From positions 104,767 to 143,167 of the forward strand of contig CAYXRB010000001.1 in assembly GCA_964467565.1 (NCBI GenBank): 38,401 nt of DNA, in the 5' to 3' direction. The DNA comes from an uncultured Pseudomonadales bacterium. GTDB lineage: Bacteria; Patescibacteriota; Microgenomatia; UBA1400; RBG-16-45-19. Numbering within the stretch: the first letter of the stretch is position 1; each line of letters opens with the position of its first letter. Shown here in pieces: positions 17,229 through 25,530 of this stretch. The position numbers and the translations under genes are program-made. The notes below the pieces were generated by a model. It saw only the letters and a program-made list of their open reading frames with translations. It had not been told where the DNA came from and ran no database searches.

Positions 17229-18241
17229 CGTCCAAAGATAGCGACAAAGAAGCCATCCTGACCACTGACACAGCCTTTGCTCCAGTCATCACTTAATTGA
17301 GCTTCCCGGTGGCCTTCGGTTGAAGAATCCCAGCCCCATTCAATAACATGCACCGGGGAGGTGGCCGACGGCCAGTAAGCCAAATTTTCGGCGAGTTGAT
17401 TTACTTGAGTAACATCAAACGCATAACCGGATTCGGCATCAGTGGCAAAGCCGCGGTGCGCGTCAAGTGGGTATTTTTCAGGATTGGGATACTCACTCGA
17501 AGGAGTATCTTTAATTAATTGAAGATGGTCTTGAACACGTTTACGGGCATACGTACAAAGTTTTTCATCTCGCTCAAAATTGCTTTTGTGGTGAGCGTTG
17601 CGATAATTCATAAGAGCCGTCCACAATTCTTCTTCTGAAAAATTTGCTGGAGGCTTGGAAGGAGCGACTATCTTTTTGGGTGCCGCTTCGTCGGGATCAT
17701 CTTGATTGTTTGATAATCTGGCAATATACACCAGTAAATTTTCCTCGTTTTCACGGACACAAATGCTGGTGATTTGTGGATCGATTAACACCTGACTAGT
17801 ATTTTCATCTTGAATAAAATAGGAAACCAATTCATTTGCCCGTGCAAATTTACTAATAGACAGCATAGTGGCATGAGTGCAGTTTGCACACATCGCAGGT
17901 AGTGTTTTTGGAGTATACGATGTTGATGAGGTTGGGGATTGGCAACTGGGAATATTTTGACTGAGTGAGGGCAACCCTTGCGAAAGACGATATTGGTTAA
18001 TTTTATCAGTTAAATCTTGAGGAGTAGTTTTTGGCAAATACTCTTCAATTTTTGACTGGATAACCTTAACAATTTGAGGCCTAAACGAGGCAGAGCGTAA
18101 AAAATTATGCAAGGCGAAGGTGTATTTGGGCGCGGCGATGGCCAAAGTAATTAAAAGTGTGAGTAAGAGGATGATTGCTGGTACAGTTATTACCAGTCGG
18201 TTCAAATAAAAATTTATTTTGGATGAGGATGCCCGCTTCAT
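17225..18241 (-). CDS. Membrane-anchored protein with a C-terminal CAP/SCP (YkwD-like) domain and a degenerate N-terminal copy
   Basis: N-terminal TM anchor. C-terminal half has LWTALMNYRNAHH...EKLCTYARKRVQDH...EGHREAQL...GFFVAIFG. The N-terminal half has INQYRLSQGLPSL. I preferred the ATG at 18241 over the TTG at 18268. Confidence 0.5.
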   Translation of the reverse strand: MKRASSSKINFYLNRLVITVPAIILLLTLLITLAIAAPKYTFALHNFLRSASFRPQIVKVIQSKIEEYLPKTTPQDLTDKINQYRLSQGLPSLSQNIPSCQSPTSSTSYTPKTLPAMCANCTHATMLSISKFARANELVSYFIQDENTSQVLIDPQITSICVRENEENLLVYIARLSNNQDDPDEAAPKKIVAPSKPPANFSEEELWTALMNYRNAHHKSNFERDEKLCTYARKRVQDHLQLIKDTPSSEYPNPEKYPLDAHRGFATDAESGYAFDVTQVNQLAENLAYWPSATSPVHVIEWGWDSSTEGHREAQLSDDWSKGCVSGQDGFFVAIFGR

Positions 18242-18342
18242 AATACAATTATACGTGAGGCTGAACAAACCACTTTAAGGACTATGTGAACTTAGTGATA
18301 AAAACGTGTTAGGGTTGGTGTTAAAAACAGAGGAGTGTTTTT

Positions 18343-18771
18343 TTAACGCTTGGGTGATTGTTTGGCCCGTCGTGCCTTACCGCCGGTACCGACCTTACGG
18401 GACTCACGCATGCGAGGGTCTCGGGTAAGTAAGCCGGCTTTCCTCAAGGGTGGTTTATTCGATTCAACGTCAATTTTTACCAGGGCTCGAGCTAAGCCGT
18501 GAATGACCGCTTCAAGTTGTGCGTTTTTACCGCTACCTGCAACTTTAATACTGTAGTGAAATTTATCTTGACTACTGGTAAGCTTGAAAGGTTCTTCTAA
18601 ACGCATACGACTTACTTCACCGGGGAAATATTTTCCGAATGGTATGCCATTGACCAAATTGTCACCACTCTTGCGATACAGACGAATCCGAGCAGTGGCG
18701 GTTTTACGTCGTCCAACGGCATATATATAGTCGGACATTTTTTTTGATGAAGATTTAGTTGTTGCTGGCAT
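18343..18771 (-). CDS. rpsI: 30S ribosomal protein S9 (uS9)
   Basis: YAVGRRKTATARIRL...; C-terminus ends ...KQSPKR. Confidence 0.95.
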   Translation of the reverse strand: MPATTKSSSKKMSDYIYAVGRRKTATARIRLYRKSGDNLVNGIPFGKYFPGEVSRMRLEEPFKLTSSQDKFHYSIKVAGSGKNAQLEAVIHGLARALVKIDVESNKPPLRKAGLLTRDPRMRESRKVGTGGKARRAKQSPKR

Positions 18772-18778
18772 ACGTTAT

Positions 18779-19228
18779 TTATTCCTTGCTGGTTGTAACC
18801 AAGGGGTCTTTACTAACATTTAAGTGATTTGAAAACGGGTGATTGGTGTCGAGAAAGACTTTGAGGCGTTTTAAACGAGGGGCACGAAGCTTATTCTTAG
18901 GTAACATACCGGCAACTGCCTTCTCGACAACTCTTTTTGGATCCTGGTCAAAGACTTCCTGAAGGGTAAATTCTCGGAAACCTCCCGGAATACCCGAATG
19001 GTGACGATAGAGTTTTTTGGTCCATTTTTGTCCAGTCACTTTGAGGTTGTTGGCATTAACCACCACCACATAGTCACCGCTATCAACATTGGGAGTATAG
19101 TCGATTTTATGCTTGCCAATTAAATACCGTGCAATTTGGGTTGCTGCCCTGCCCAATGTTATGGATTCAAGGTCAACAATGTGCCAAGTGCGCTGAACAG
19201 TTTTTGGAGTTTTAACGGTTGTGGACAT
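18779..19228 (-). CDS. rplM: 50S ribosomal protein L13 (uL13)
   Basis: WHIVDLESITLGRAATQIARYLIGKHK..YTP..D.GDYVVVVNA. Confidence 0.95.
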   Translation of the reverse strand: MSTTVKTPKTVQRTWHIVDLESITLGRAATQIARYLIGKHKIDYTPNVDSGDYVVVVNANNLKVTGQKWTKKLYRHHSGIPGGFREFTLQEVFDQDPKRVVEKAVAGMLPKNKLRAPRLKRLKVFLDTNHPFSNHLNVSKDPLVTTSKE

Positions 19229-19231
19229 AGT

Positions 19232-19753
19232 CTAAATCGCTTTCCTGGGCGCGTTTACTTTTTGAGCAGAGGCGACACCCGCAGATTTTAATGCTTTGGG
19301 AGCAGTGGGTGCAGGTTTTTGTTGTGATTTTTGGCTTTGAGACTCTTTTTTAGACTTCGTCTCTTTTTTGCCTGATTTTTCTGTAACTACAACCTTTTTG
19401 AAATCGATCATTTCCAAGCGACACCTGAGCTGATCATCACCCTTTTGGTAGTCGAGCTTAGAAAGTCGTGTAAACCCACTCTTTCTGTCTTGAGTCATGG
19501 GTGCCAATTCATCGACTAGACGATTGACTAATGAAGTATTTTGCACCACTTTATGAATGAGGCGCCGATGGTGCACGGTACCTTTTTTAGCCTTGGTAAC
19601 TAATTTGTCGAACTGACCTTGAACGGCTTTGGCTTTGGCATATGATGTGGTAATTGCACCTTCCTTAATAAGACTTTTTAGCAGATTCTGCAAAAGCGCT
19701 TTACGATGCTGGTAGTCGCGGTTTAAGTGACGACCAAAGACTTTGTGTCGCAT
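19232..19753 (-). CDS. rplQ: 50S ribosomal protein L17 (bL17) with a Lys/Ser/Gln-rich C-terminal tail of about 55 aa
   Basis: MRHKVFGRHLNRDYQHRKALLQNL. The tail starts around residue 119. Confidence 0.93.
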   Translation of the reverse strand: MRHKVFGRHLNRDYQHRKALLQNLLKSLIKEGAITTSYAKAKAVQGQFDKLVTKAKKGTVHHRRLIHKVVQNTSLVNRLVDELAPMTQDRKSGFTRLSKLDYQKGDDQLRCRLEMIDFKKVVVTEKSGKKETKSKKESQSQKSQQKPAPTAPKALKSAGVASAQKVNAPRKAI

Positions 19754-19763
19754 AGACTCTTAT

Positions 19764-20699
19764 TTATTCACTAAGTTGATAATCTTTAAGGGTCAACCCC
19801 TTTTGTGCTAAAGCTTTGGCTACCACATCGACTGATTTTTCGCCCAAGTTTTTCACTTTAGCAACGTCGTTGTGGTTGGCACCAACGAGATCTTTAACGG
19901 TTTTATAACCACCCTTACGTAGGGCATTGGCGATGCGAGTGGGTAAGTCGAGCTCTTCGACGGTCAACTTGTAGACTTCTCCCTCAAGAGGAACAGTTAA
20001 TTCTTCGGTAGTGGCAGCGGGAAGATTGGTTGGTTCAAAGACTTGTTTGAAATAGCCAACAAGAATTTTAGCGGCATCATCGACGACTTCTCGTGGTTTA
20101 ATGGTGCCGTCAGACCAGACTTCAAGAATTAATTTATCGAAGTCGGTGCGACGACCAACGCGGGTGGAAACGACATTATAGGCGACTTTGATAATCGGCG
20201 AAAAGGCAGCATCTACGGGAATGTCGCCTAAACTACCGGCAGGTCGATCAGCAGCGGGAGAGTAACCCATGCCTTGACTAACGGTTAATTCACAGTTGAG
20301 TTTGGTTTTGGCATCCGATAACTGGGCTAAAACAACATCGGGATTGGCTACGGTGACTCCGGCTGGTAGGTCTAGATCTTTACCGGTGACGGTCCCCGGA
20401 CCCTTGACGGATAAGCGGATCGTCGCAGGTTCGTCGCTATTTACGCGGAATTTCAACTGTTTTAAATTTAAGATAAGGTCGACCACATCTTCTTTCATAC
20501 CTTTTAAGGTAGAAAACTGGTGAGTTACGCTATCAATACGTACGTTGGTAATAGCCGCACCTTCCATTGAAGACAATAAAACACGGCGTAAACTTACCCC
20601 TAGTGTGTGACCGAAGCCTTTTTCAAGCGGTTCGATAATAAATTTGCTATAGTCATCGCGATCGACTTCGGCGGTGACAGTAAATGATGGTTGGAGCAT
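19764..20699 (-). CDS. rpoA: DNA-directed RNA polymerase alpha subunit
   Basis: N-terminal domain (IEPLEKGFGHTLGVSLRRVLLSS) and C-terminal domain (LDLPTRIANALRK...VKDL). AAAGGAG SD. Confidence 0.95.
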   Translation of the reverse strand: MLQPSFTVTAEVDRDDYSKFIIEPLEKGFGHTLGVSLRRVLLSSMEGAAITNVRIDSVTHQFSTLKGMKEDVVDLILNLKQLKFRVNSDEPATIRLSVKGPGTVTGKDLDLPAGVTVANPDVVLAQLSDAKTKLNCELTVSQGMGYSPAADRPAGSLGDIPVDAAFSPIIKVAYNVVSTRVGRRTDFDKLILEVWSDGTIKPREVVDDAAKILVGYFKQVFEPTNLPAATTEELTVPLEGEVYKLTVEELDLPTRIANALRKGGYKTVKDLVGANHNDVAKVKNLGEKSVDVVAKALAQKGLTLKDYQLSE

Positions 20700-20836
20700 G
20701 GGTCTCCTTTTCTTTTGTTTTTAAGTGGTTCCCGTCTTATCCCTTCCATGCGCGAGATTAAGACATCTGGTACACTCAAAATAATTAATATTGTAATTAA
20801 CTTTTAAGCCCTTCGACTGCGTTCAGGGTTCCCGTA

Positions 20837-21445
20837 TTAACGGGAATAATACTCAACGATGCTGTTTTCGTTAATATCAGCGTCGATATCTTTACGCTCC
20901 GGGAAAGCTACTACTTTACCCACGGCTGCTTGACGAGTAAGCCATTTGGGTAAGGCTTTTCCTTTTTCAGCAACAACACCGGCGACGTAGGGTATTTTTA
21001 AGGCTTTATCGGTTAGGTTAATGACGTCTCCCGTTTTGACTTGATATGAAGGACGATCTAGTTTGAGATTGTTAACCTTCACTTGACCATGAACCACTAA
21101 CTGGCGGGCAGCTGCCCGAGTGGGAGCGAGTCCGAGTCGAAAAACAACATTGTCCAGACGACGTTCTAAAAGGCGCAGTAATTCTTCGCCGGTGGAAGCA
21201 GGGTTTTTAGTAGCTTTTTCGTAGTAGCGCCGGAACTGTTTTTCTAAGACACCGTAAATCCACTTAACTTTTTGTTTTTCGCGCAATTGCTGTCCATAAC
21301 TGGAGAGCTTTTTAGTACCCTTACGACCGTGCTGGCCTGGGGGAATGTTCAACCGGCGCGACAATTTTGCCGGATTGGTTTTTAAGCCCAAATCTGTATT
21401 TGCCCGGCGGGCTAGTTTATTTTTTGGTCCAATGTAGCGAGCCAT
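20837..21445 (-). CDS. rpsD: 30S ribosomal protein S4 (uS4)
   Basis: MARYIGPKNKLARR... The start is set at the internal ATG (21445), which gives the canonical N-terminus. Confidence 0.93.
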   Translation of the reverse strand: MARYIGPKNKLARRANTDLGLKTNPAKLSRRLNIPPGQHGRKGTKKLSSYGQQLREKQKVKWIYGVLEKQFRRYYEKATKNPASTGEELLRLLERRLDNVVFRLGLAPTRAAARQLVVHGQVKVNNLKLDRPSYQVKTGDVINLTDKALKIPYVAGVVAEKGKALPKWLTRQAAVGKVVAFPERKDIDADINENSIVEYYSR

Positions 21446-21576
21446 ACTTTTTTTAAGTTCCAAGATCCAAGTTACAAACAAATTCAAAATTTTTAATTTT
21501 CAAATGATCAATTGTTTATAATTTGTTTTTTGGGAATTAAATATTGTTTGTACCTTGGTATTTGATTATTGGTAAT

Positions 21577-21969
21577 TTACCTGTTGTGTTTCTTTTTTCT
21601 TGGGCGGGTGCCGTTATGGGCAATGGGGGTAACATCGGCTAAGAGGGTTATTTTAAATGAACTATTTTTAAGGACACGAAGGGCGGCGTCTCTACCTGGT
21701 CCGGGACCTTTGATATAGACTTTAAGTTCGCGAAGGGCAAAAGCCTTTGCTTCATCGAGAACTTTTTCGATTGCTTGGGTAGCGGCAAAAGGGGTTGATT
21801 TGCGAGAACCGCTAAAGCCCACCCGACCAGTAGAACTCCAGCACAGAGTATTGCCCGAATCATCGGTAACGGTAGCAACGGTATTATTGAAAGTAGCCAA
21901 AATATACAAATTCCCTTTGGAAATGGCTTTTTTAGGTAACTGCTTTGCTGGTGATTTTGAGACTGCCAT
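21577..21969 (-). CDS. rpsK: 30S ribosomal protein S11 (uS11)
   Basis: NNTVATVTD..GN.L.WSS.G..GF.GSRKSTPFAA...DVTPIAHNGTRP.K. Confidence 0.95.
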   Translation of the reverse strand: MAVSKSPAKQLPKKAISKGNLYILATFNNTVATVTDDSGNTLCWSSTGRVGFSGSRKSTPFAATQAIEKVLDEAKAFALRELKVYIKGPGPGRDAALRVLKNSSFKITLLADVTPIAHNGTRPRKKKHNR

Positions 21970-21981
21970 AGGTTTTACTTT

Positions 21982-22383
21982 TTATTTTCGAGCCGCTGCG
22001 GCTAATTTTTCAGCATCTTCTTTCTTTAGAGCACCTACGGTCATACGTCGACCGCGTTTGGTACGAGCGTTTACCCGTGTGCGTTGTCCATGAGCGGGTA
22101 AGTTGGCTGTATGACGCATACCCCGATAGGCACCGATTCGTTTTAAACGTTGAATATTTTCATGAACAGTTTTACGAAGCGTGCCCTCGACATTGAATTT
22201 TTCTAAAGCGCGCTGAATCCGGGCCACTTCTTGAGCGGTTAAATCCCGCGCCCGTTTATTAGGATCGATGTTTGCTAATTTAATAACTTCTTGGACATTT
22301 TTAGGACCAATACCATACAAGTACGTTAACGCGATTTCGGAGCGTTTATTTTCTGGTAGGTCAATTCCGGCTATACGAGGCAT
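21982..22383 (-). CDS. rpsM: 30S ribosomal protein S13 (uS13)
   Basis: MPRIAGIDLPENKR.EIALTYLYGIG...GAYRGMRH...LPAHGQRT..NART. Confidence 0.95.
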   Translation of the reverse strand: MPRIAGIDLPENKRSEIALTYLYGIGPKNVQEVIKLANIDPNKRARDLTAQEVARIQRALEKFNVEGTLRKTVHENIQRLKRIGAYRGMRHTANLPAHGQRTRVNARTKRGRRMTVGALKKEDAEKLAAAARK

Positions 22384-22459
22384 ACGAATAATAATTTAAA
22401 AATACAAATGTCAAAATTCAAATATAAATGGCATTTGATAAATTTTTAATTTCCTTTCG

Positions 22460-22573
22460 TTAACCCTGACGTTGTTTGTGGCGCGGGTTGGTGCAGGTAA
22501 TGTAAATTTTCCCGTGACGACGGATTATTTTACACTGTTTGCAACGTTTTTGAATGCTTGCTTTTACTTTCAT
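22460..22573 (-). CDS. rpmJ: 50S ribosomal protein L36 (bL36), zinc-binding CCCH form (37 aa; below the ORF-track cutoff)
   Basis: My manual translation gives [37 protein letters not shown]. Confidence 0.93.
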   Translation of the reverse strand: MKVKASIQKRCKQCKIIRRHGKIYITCTNPRHKQRQG

Positions 22574-22595
22574 AGATACCCTTCTTTTTTACTAG

Positions 22596-22627
22596 AGGTG
22601 AATGAGTTACTTAATTCCCACTCACCT
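22596..22627 (-). promoter_or_regulatory. Sense-strand-specific RNA hairpin in the infA-rpmJ spacer (11-bp stem including 2 G-U pairs, 10-nt loop)
   Basis: 22596-22606 pairs with 22617-22627. The two non-Watson-Crick positions are G-U only in the minus-strand transcript and are A-C in the antisense. Confidence 0.3.
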
Positions 22628-22717
22628 AACAATCCGCTTTTCAATCAGGTGTTTCACAGACTGCTTTTTGTAAGCAATTTTAAAACATTTGATTTAGCAG
22701 CGAATTTCGCTCCAGGC

Positions 22718-22957
22718 TTATTTCTGGCGGAAGGTAATTCTGCCTCTGTCTGGATCGTATGGTGTGACTTCGATTTGAACGTTGTCTCCGGGCATGACGC
22801 GTATTCGATACATGCGCATGCGGCCGCTTAAAGTGCATAAGATAGTACGATTAGCAAACTCTTCGGGGGCGGTGCTGTCTACCAGCACTCTAAACATGGT
22901 GTTTGGTAGAGCTTCGGAAATCATTCCCGTAAGCTCAATTGTTTGCTTATTTTGCAT
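22718..22957 (-). CDS. infA: Translation initiation factor IF-1
   Basis: S1-like fold: IELTGMISEALPNTMFRV...LSGRMRMYRIRVMPGDNVQIEVTPYDPDRGRITFR. Confidence 0.93.
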   Translation of the reverse strand: MQNKQTIELTGMISEALPNTMFRVLVDSTAPEEFANRTILCTLSGRMRMYRIRVMPGDNVQIEVTPYDPDRGRITFRQK

Positions 22958-23016
22958 ACCCTCTTAATTTATCCCGTATTTTCGGGATTTTCCCCTGGTA
23001 GGGGGTTCGATTGGCT

Positions 23017-23045
23017 ATTGTAACAGACTCTTTCCCCTGGAACAA
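23017..23045 (-). promoter_or_regulatory. Candidate sigma70-type promoter for infA-rpmJ-rpsM... (TTGTTC-17 nt-TACAAT in minus-strand sense)
   Basis: -35 is plus-strand GAACAA at 23040-23045 and -10 is plus-strand ATTGTA at 23017-23022. Pattern match only. Confidence 0.3.
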
Positions 23046-23123
23046 GAGGTGATGTATGAGTAAGGGTTAAGACGTAGTGTACCCGAAATTAAAGCTAAAA
23101 TCTGGGGTGAAATTTGTGTTTGT

Positions 23124-24293
23124 TTAGGAAACAGTTGGAGCGACGGCTGGAAGAGTTGATTCTGATTTTTCAATAAGACTTTTGGCAATAGTTCTGGTAA
23201 GTTTATCAAGGCCTTCACCAATTTGAGCAGAGATAAAATGGTGGGGTACATCTTGGAAAAAATCGGATAACCGTTTTTTTGCGTCAGAGGCAATTAGGTC
23301 GGTCTTGTTGAAAACAAGGATGATGGGCTGGGTAATCTGAAGGTCTTGGAGGATGTGGTTTACAATCTCGATTTTTTTATGTAAATCAGGGTCAGAAGCA
23401 TCGATGACGTGCAGGATAAGCTTGGCGTTTAATGATTCCATGAGTGTCGATTGGAAGGCTTGGATGAGTTGGGGTGGGAGATCTTTAATAAAGCCGATGG
23501 TGTCGGAAATTAGGATGGGTAAGTGGTGATGAGGTCCGCCGGCTGGTGGATTGAGCTTGCCCACGACGGTATCGAGTGTGGTAAATAGACCCGAGTGAGT
23601 CGTTTTGTTTTTGCCGGTAAGACGGTTAAACAGCGTGGTTTTGCCGGCGCTGGTATAGCCAACTAAGGCAACGGGGCCAAAGCCGTGTTCCTGGCGATAA
23701 CTAAGACGGTTTTGCTTTTGCTGAGAGACTTGTCTGAGTTGTTTTAACAGCGAAAGCCGTTTGTTTTTTAATAACCGACGTTCGAATTCGATGTTGGTTT
23801 CGCCAAAACCGCCGCGTTGACCGATACCACCCCGCTGCCGGGACAAAACAGTGCCGCCTAAGCCATAAATTCGTGGGCCCATATGATCGAGCCGTGCCAG
23901 TTCGATTTGTAATTTGGCTTCTTTAGAGAAGGCGTTTTTATCGAATATATTCAGAATAAGATCAATGCGATCCCAGATCCTACCCCTAAACTGGCCGTCC
24001 CACATAGCTTTTTCAATCCGAAACAGTTGACTACTTTTTATGATGTTGTTGATTACAATAATGTCGATATTGAGATTTTTGACTGCCTGTTTTAACCACT
24101 CCAGCTTACCCGAACCGATAAAAGTGCCCGGATGCGGTTTTGCTCGGTGCTGAACTGTTTTTTCAATAACCTCTCCCCCATAGGTATCCACAAGCTGCAC
24201 GAGTTCGTGCATGTTTTTTTTGGCATCGGCTTGGTGGTAGTGAGGATTGATGACTTGAAGAAGTAAAAAACGGGGTTTGGGTGAAATAGCCAT
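23124..24293 (-). CDS. hflX: GTPase HflX (ribosome-associated)
   Basis: HflX N-domain, then G1 GYTSAGKTTLFNRLTG, DTIGFIKDLPPQLIQAFQSTL and NKTD. I used the ATG at 24293; a GTG at 24338 would add 15 aa. Confidence 0.88.
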   Translation of the reverse strand: MAISPKPRFLLLQVINPHYHQADAKKNMHELVQLVDTYGGEVIEKTVQHRAKPHPGTFIGSGKLEWLKQAVKNLNIDIIVINNIIKSSQLFRIEKAMWDGQFRGRIWDRIDLILNIFDKNAFSKEAKLQIELARLDHMGPRIYGLGGTVLSRQRGGIGQRGGFGETNIEFERRLLKNKRLSLLKQLRQVSQQKQNRLSYRQEHGFGPVALVGYTSAGKTTLFNRLTGKNKTTHSGLFTTLDTVVGKLNPPAGGPHHHLPILISDTIGFIKDLPPQLIQAFQSTLMESLNAKLILHVIDASDPDLHKKIEIVNHILQDLQITQPIILVFNKTDLIASDAKKRLSDFFQDVPHHFISAQIGEGLDKLTRTIAKSLIEKSESTLPAVAPTVS

Positions 24294-24400
24294 AATTTTA
24301 TTTATTGAGTAATAATAGCAAATACGATCAATAGCCACTAATTTCTGGAATATAGATCAGATTGATTTTTCCGTCTAAATTGGAGTAAGATCAGGGCATT

Positions 24401-24904
24401 ATGGGTAAGCTCGTAATGTTGATCACGTTGTTGGTGTTGTCGGTGGGGGTGGCTCGGGCAGCAGTAAATATTGATATTACGAATAATGGCGAGGGGTCAA
24501 AAAATAGTGTGGACGTAAAAACGAATACGTCGAATGCTGATTCACAAACAAACGTGCGGATCGAAACTAATGGGAACGTGCAAGAATTTAACGCGACCGG
24601 CGATGAAGATATTAATTACCAATCTGAGGATGGTTCGGTGCGCGTGAATGTGAACAGTGAAACAAATAGCACGTCGCAGTCAAACTCGAATTCTCAAAAC
24701 TCAGTCGATATTAATACCAACGTCGATGTTTCGACGAATACCGAAAACAATGATGTTTCCTCCTCGACTCCTTCCAGCGAATCCATTGACGACCAAACTG
24801 AAGAGCAAGAGGGTGAGCCAGATAATTTTATTGAGGCATTTTTGAAGCAGTGGAACGAGTGGAACGAAGCATTTAAGGCAAGGTTGAGAAGTTTGTTTAG
24901 CTAA
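24401..24904 (+). CDS. Secreted low-complexity Asn/Ser/Thr/Asp-rich protein with a C-terminal amphipathic helix
   Basis: Signal peptide MGKLVMLITLLVLSVGVARA|AV. Repeated V-x-[IV]-x-T-N units. C-terminus FIEAFLKQWNEWNEAFKARLRSLF. TGGAG lies upstream of the ATG. Confidence 0.6.
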   Translation: MGKLVMLITLLVLSVGVARAAVNIDITNNGEGSKNSVDVKTNTSNADSQTNVRIETNGNVQEFNATGDEDINYQSEDGSVRVNVNSETNSTSQSNSNSQNSVDINTNVDVSTNTENNDVSSSTPSSESIDDQTEEQEGEPDNFIEAFLKQWNEWNEAFKARLRSLFS

Positions 24905-25530
24905 ATCTTTCTTCCGATCACATTAATCCATTTTACTTCCGACCGAGTCCTGGATGGTTGATTATCTTTAACGTCTAGAATTGAAAATCCCGCTGATTTT
25001 AAATAATTTTGCAATTCAGCCTTGGTATACCAGCGAAAAAAACGTTTTTGTTTGACCAGGGAATCTGAAACCACACCGGTGCGCGTACTTCCCACCTGTT
25101 GCTTGACTCTTATGAAAATAGTGCCTCCTGGTTTAAGAATTCGGTAGAATTCTGAGATAACGAGTTTGACCGTTCGAATTGATGGCAAGTGCACGAGTGA
25201 AGCGTTAGCCCAAATACCATCAAACGAGTTATTGGGTAACGGCAGTTGACTAAAATCGGCTTGAATAAAGGTGAGGGAGGGATTATTACGTTTAGCGATG
25301 CGGAGTAAATTATTCGATAAGTCAACACCAGTGTAATCCACTTGTCGTTTTGCAAATTCCCCAGCGTCGCGGCCTGCTGCGCAGCCTGCATCTAATATTA
25401 TTGCGTTTGGTGGTAGGTAACTGACAAATTGATTAATTAGATCACTATCAACAGATTGGCTAATAGCTTGGGAGTACGTCAACGCATTATCCTCGTACCA
25501 CTGAATCGTTTCGTTATAATCGTTGGCCAT
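24901..25530 (-). CDS. Class I SAM-dependent methyltransferase
   Basis: Motif I ILDAGCAAGRD and post-I/II elements (...GVDLS..., LKPGGTIFI). Starting at the ATG at 25530 avoids overlap with map. Confidence 0.75.
   Translation of the reverse strand: MANDYNETIQWYEDNALTYSQAISQSVDSDLINQFVSYLPPNAIILDAGCAAGRDAGEFAKRQVDYTGVDLSNNLLRIAKRNNPSLTFIQADFSQLPLPNNSFDGIWANASLVHLPSIRTVKLVISEFYRILKPGGTIFIRVKQQVGSTRTGVVSDSLVKQKRFFRWYTKAELQNYLKSAGFSILDVKDNQPSRTRSEVKWINVIGRKI

Noticed and set aside
21800-22093. Numerous ORFs of 60-119 aa antisense to, or out of frame with, the ribosomal, mgtA, secY and other genes. Examples are 21800-22093, 22472-22831, 32831-33187, 33411-33758, 35870-36202, 3915-4172 and 10483-10770.
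   Set aside because: Each lies entirely within or opposite a confidently identified conserved gene. Their sequences are low-complexity or Arg/Ser/Leu-rich, typical of antisense frames, and none shows a family motif.
22384-22459. A perfect TTGACA (-35-like) in the rpmJ-rpsM spacer, in minus-strand sense.
   Set aside because: No acceptable -10 hexamer lies 16-18 nt downstream (the best candidates are TTATTC and TATTCG). The implied start site would fall at or inside the rpsM start codon.
23015-23293. A 92-aa minus-strand ORF spanning the hflX 3' end and the hflX-infA spacer.
   Set aside because: It overlaps the hflX coding region out of frame and has no motifs. The spacer portion is better explained by the promoter and leader elements for infA.
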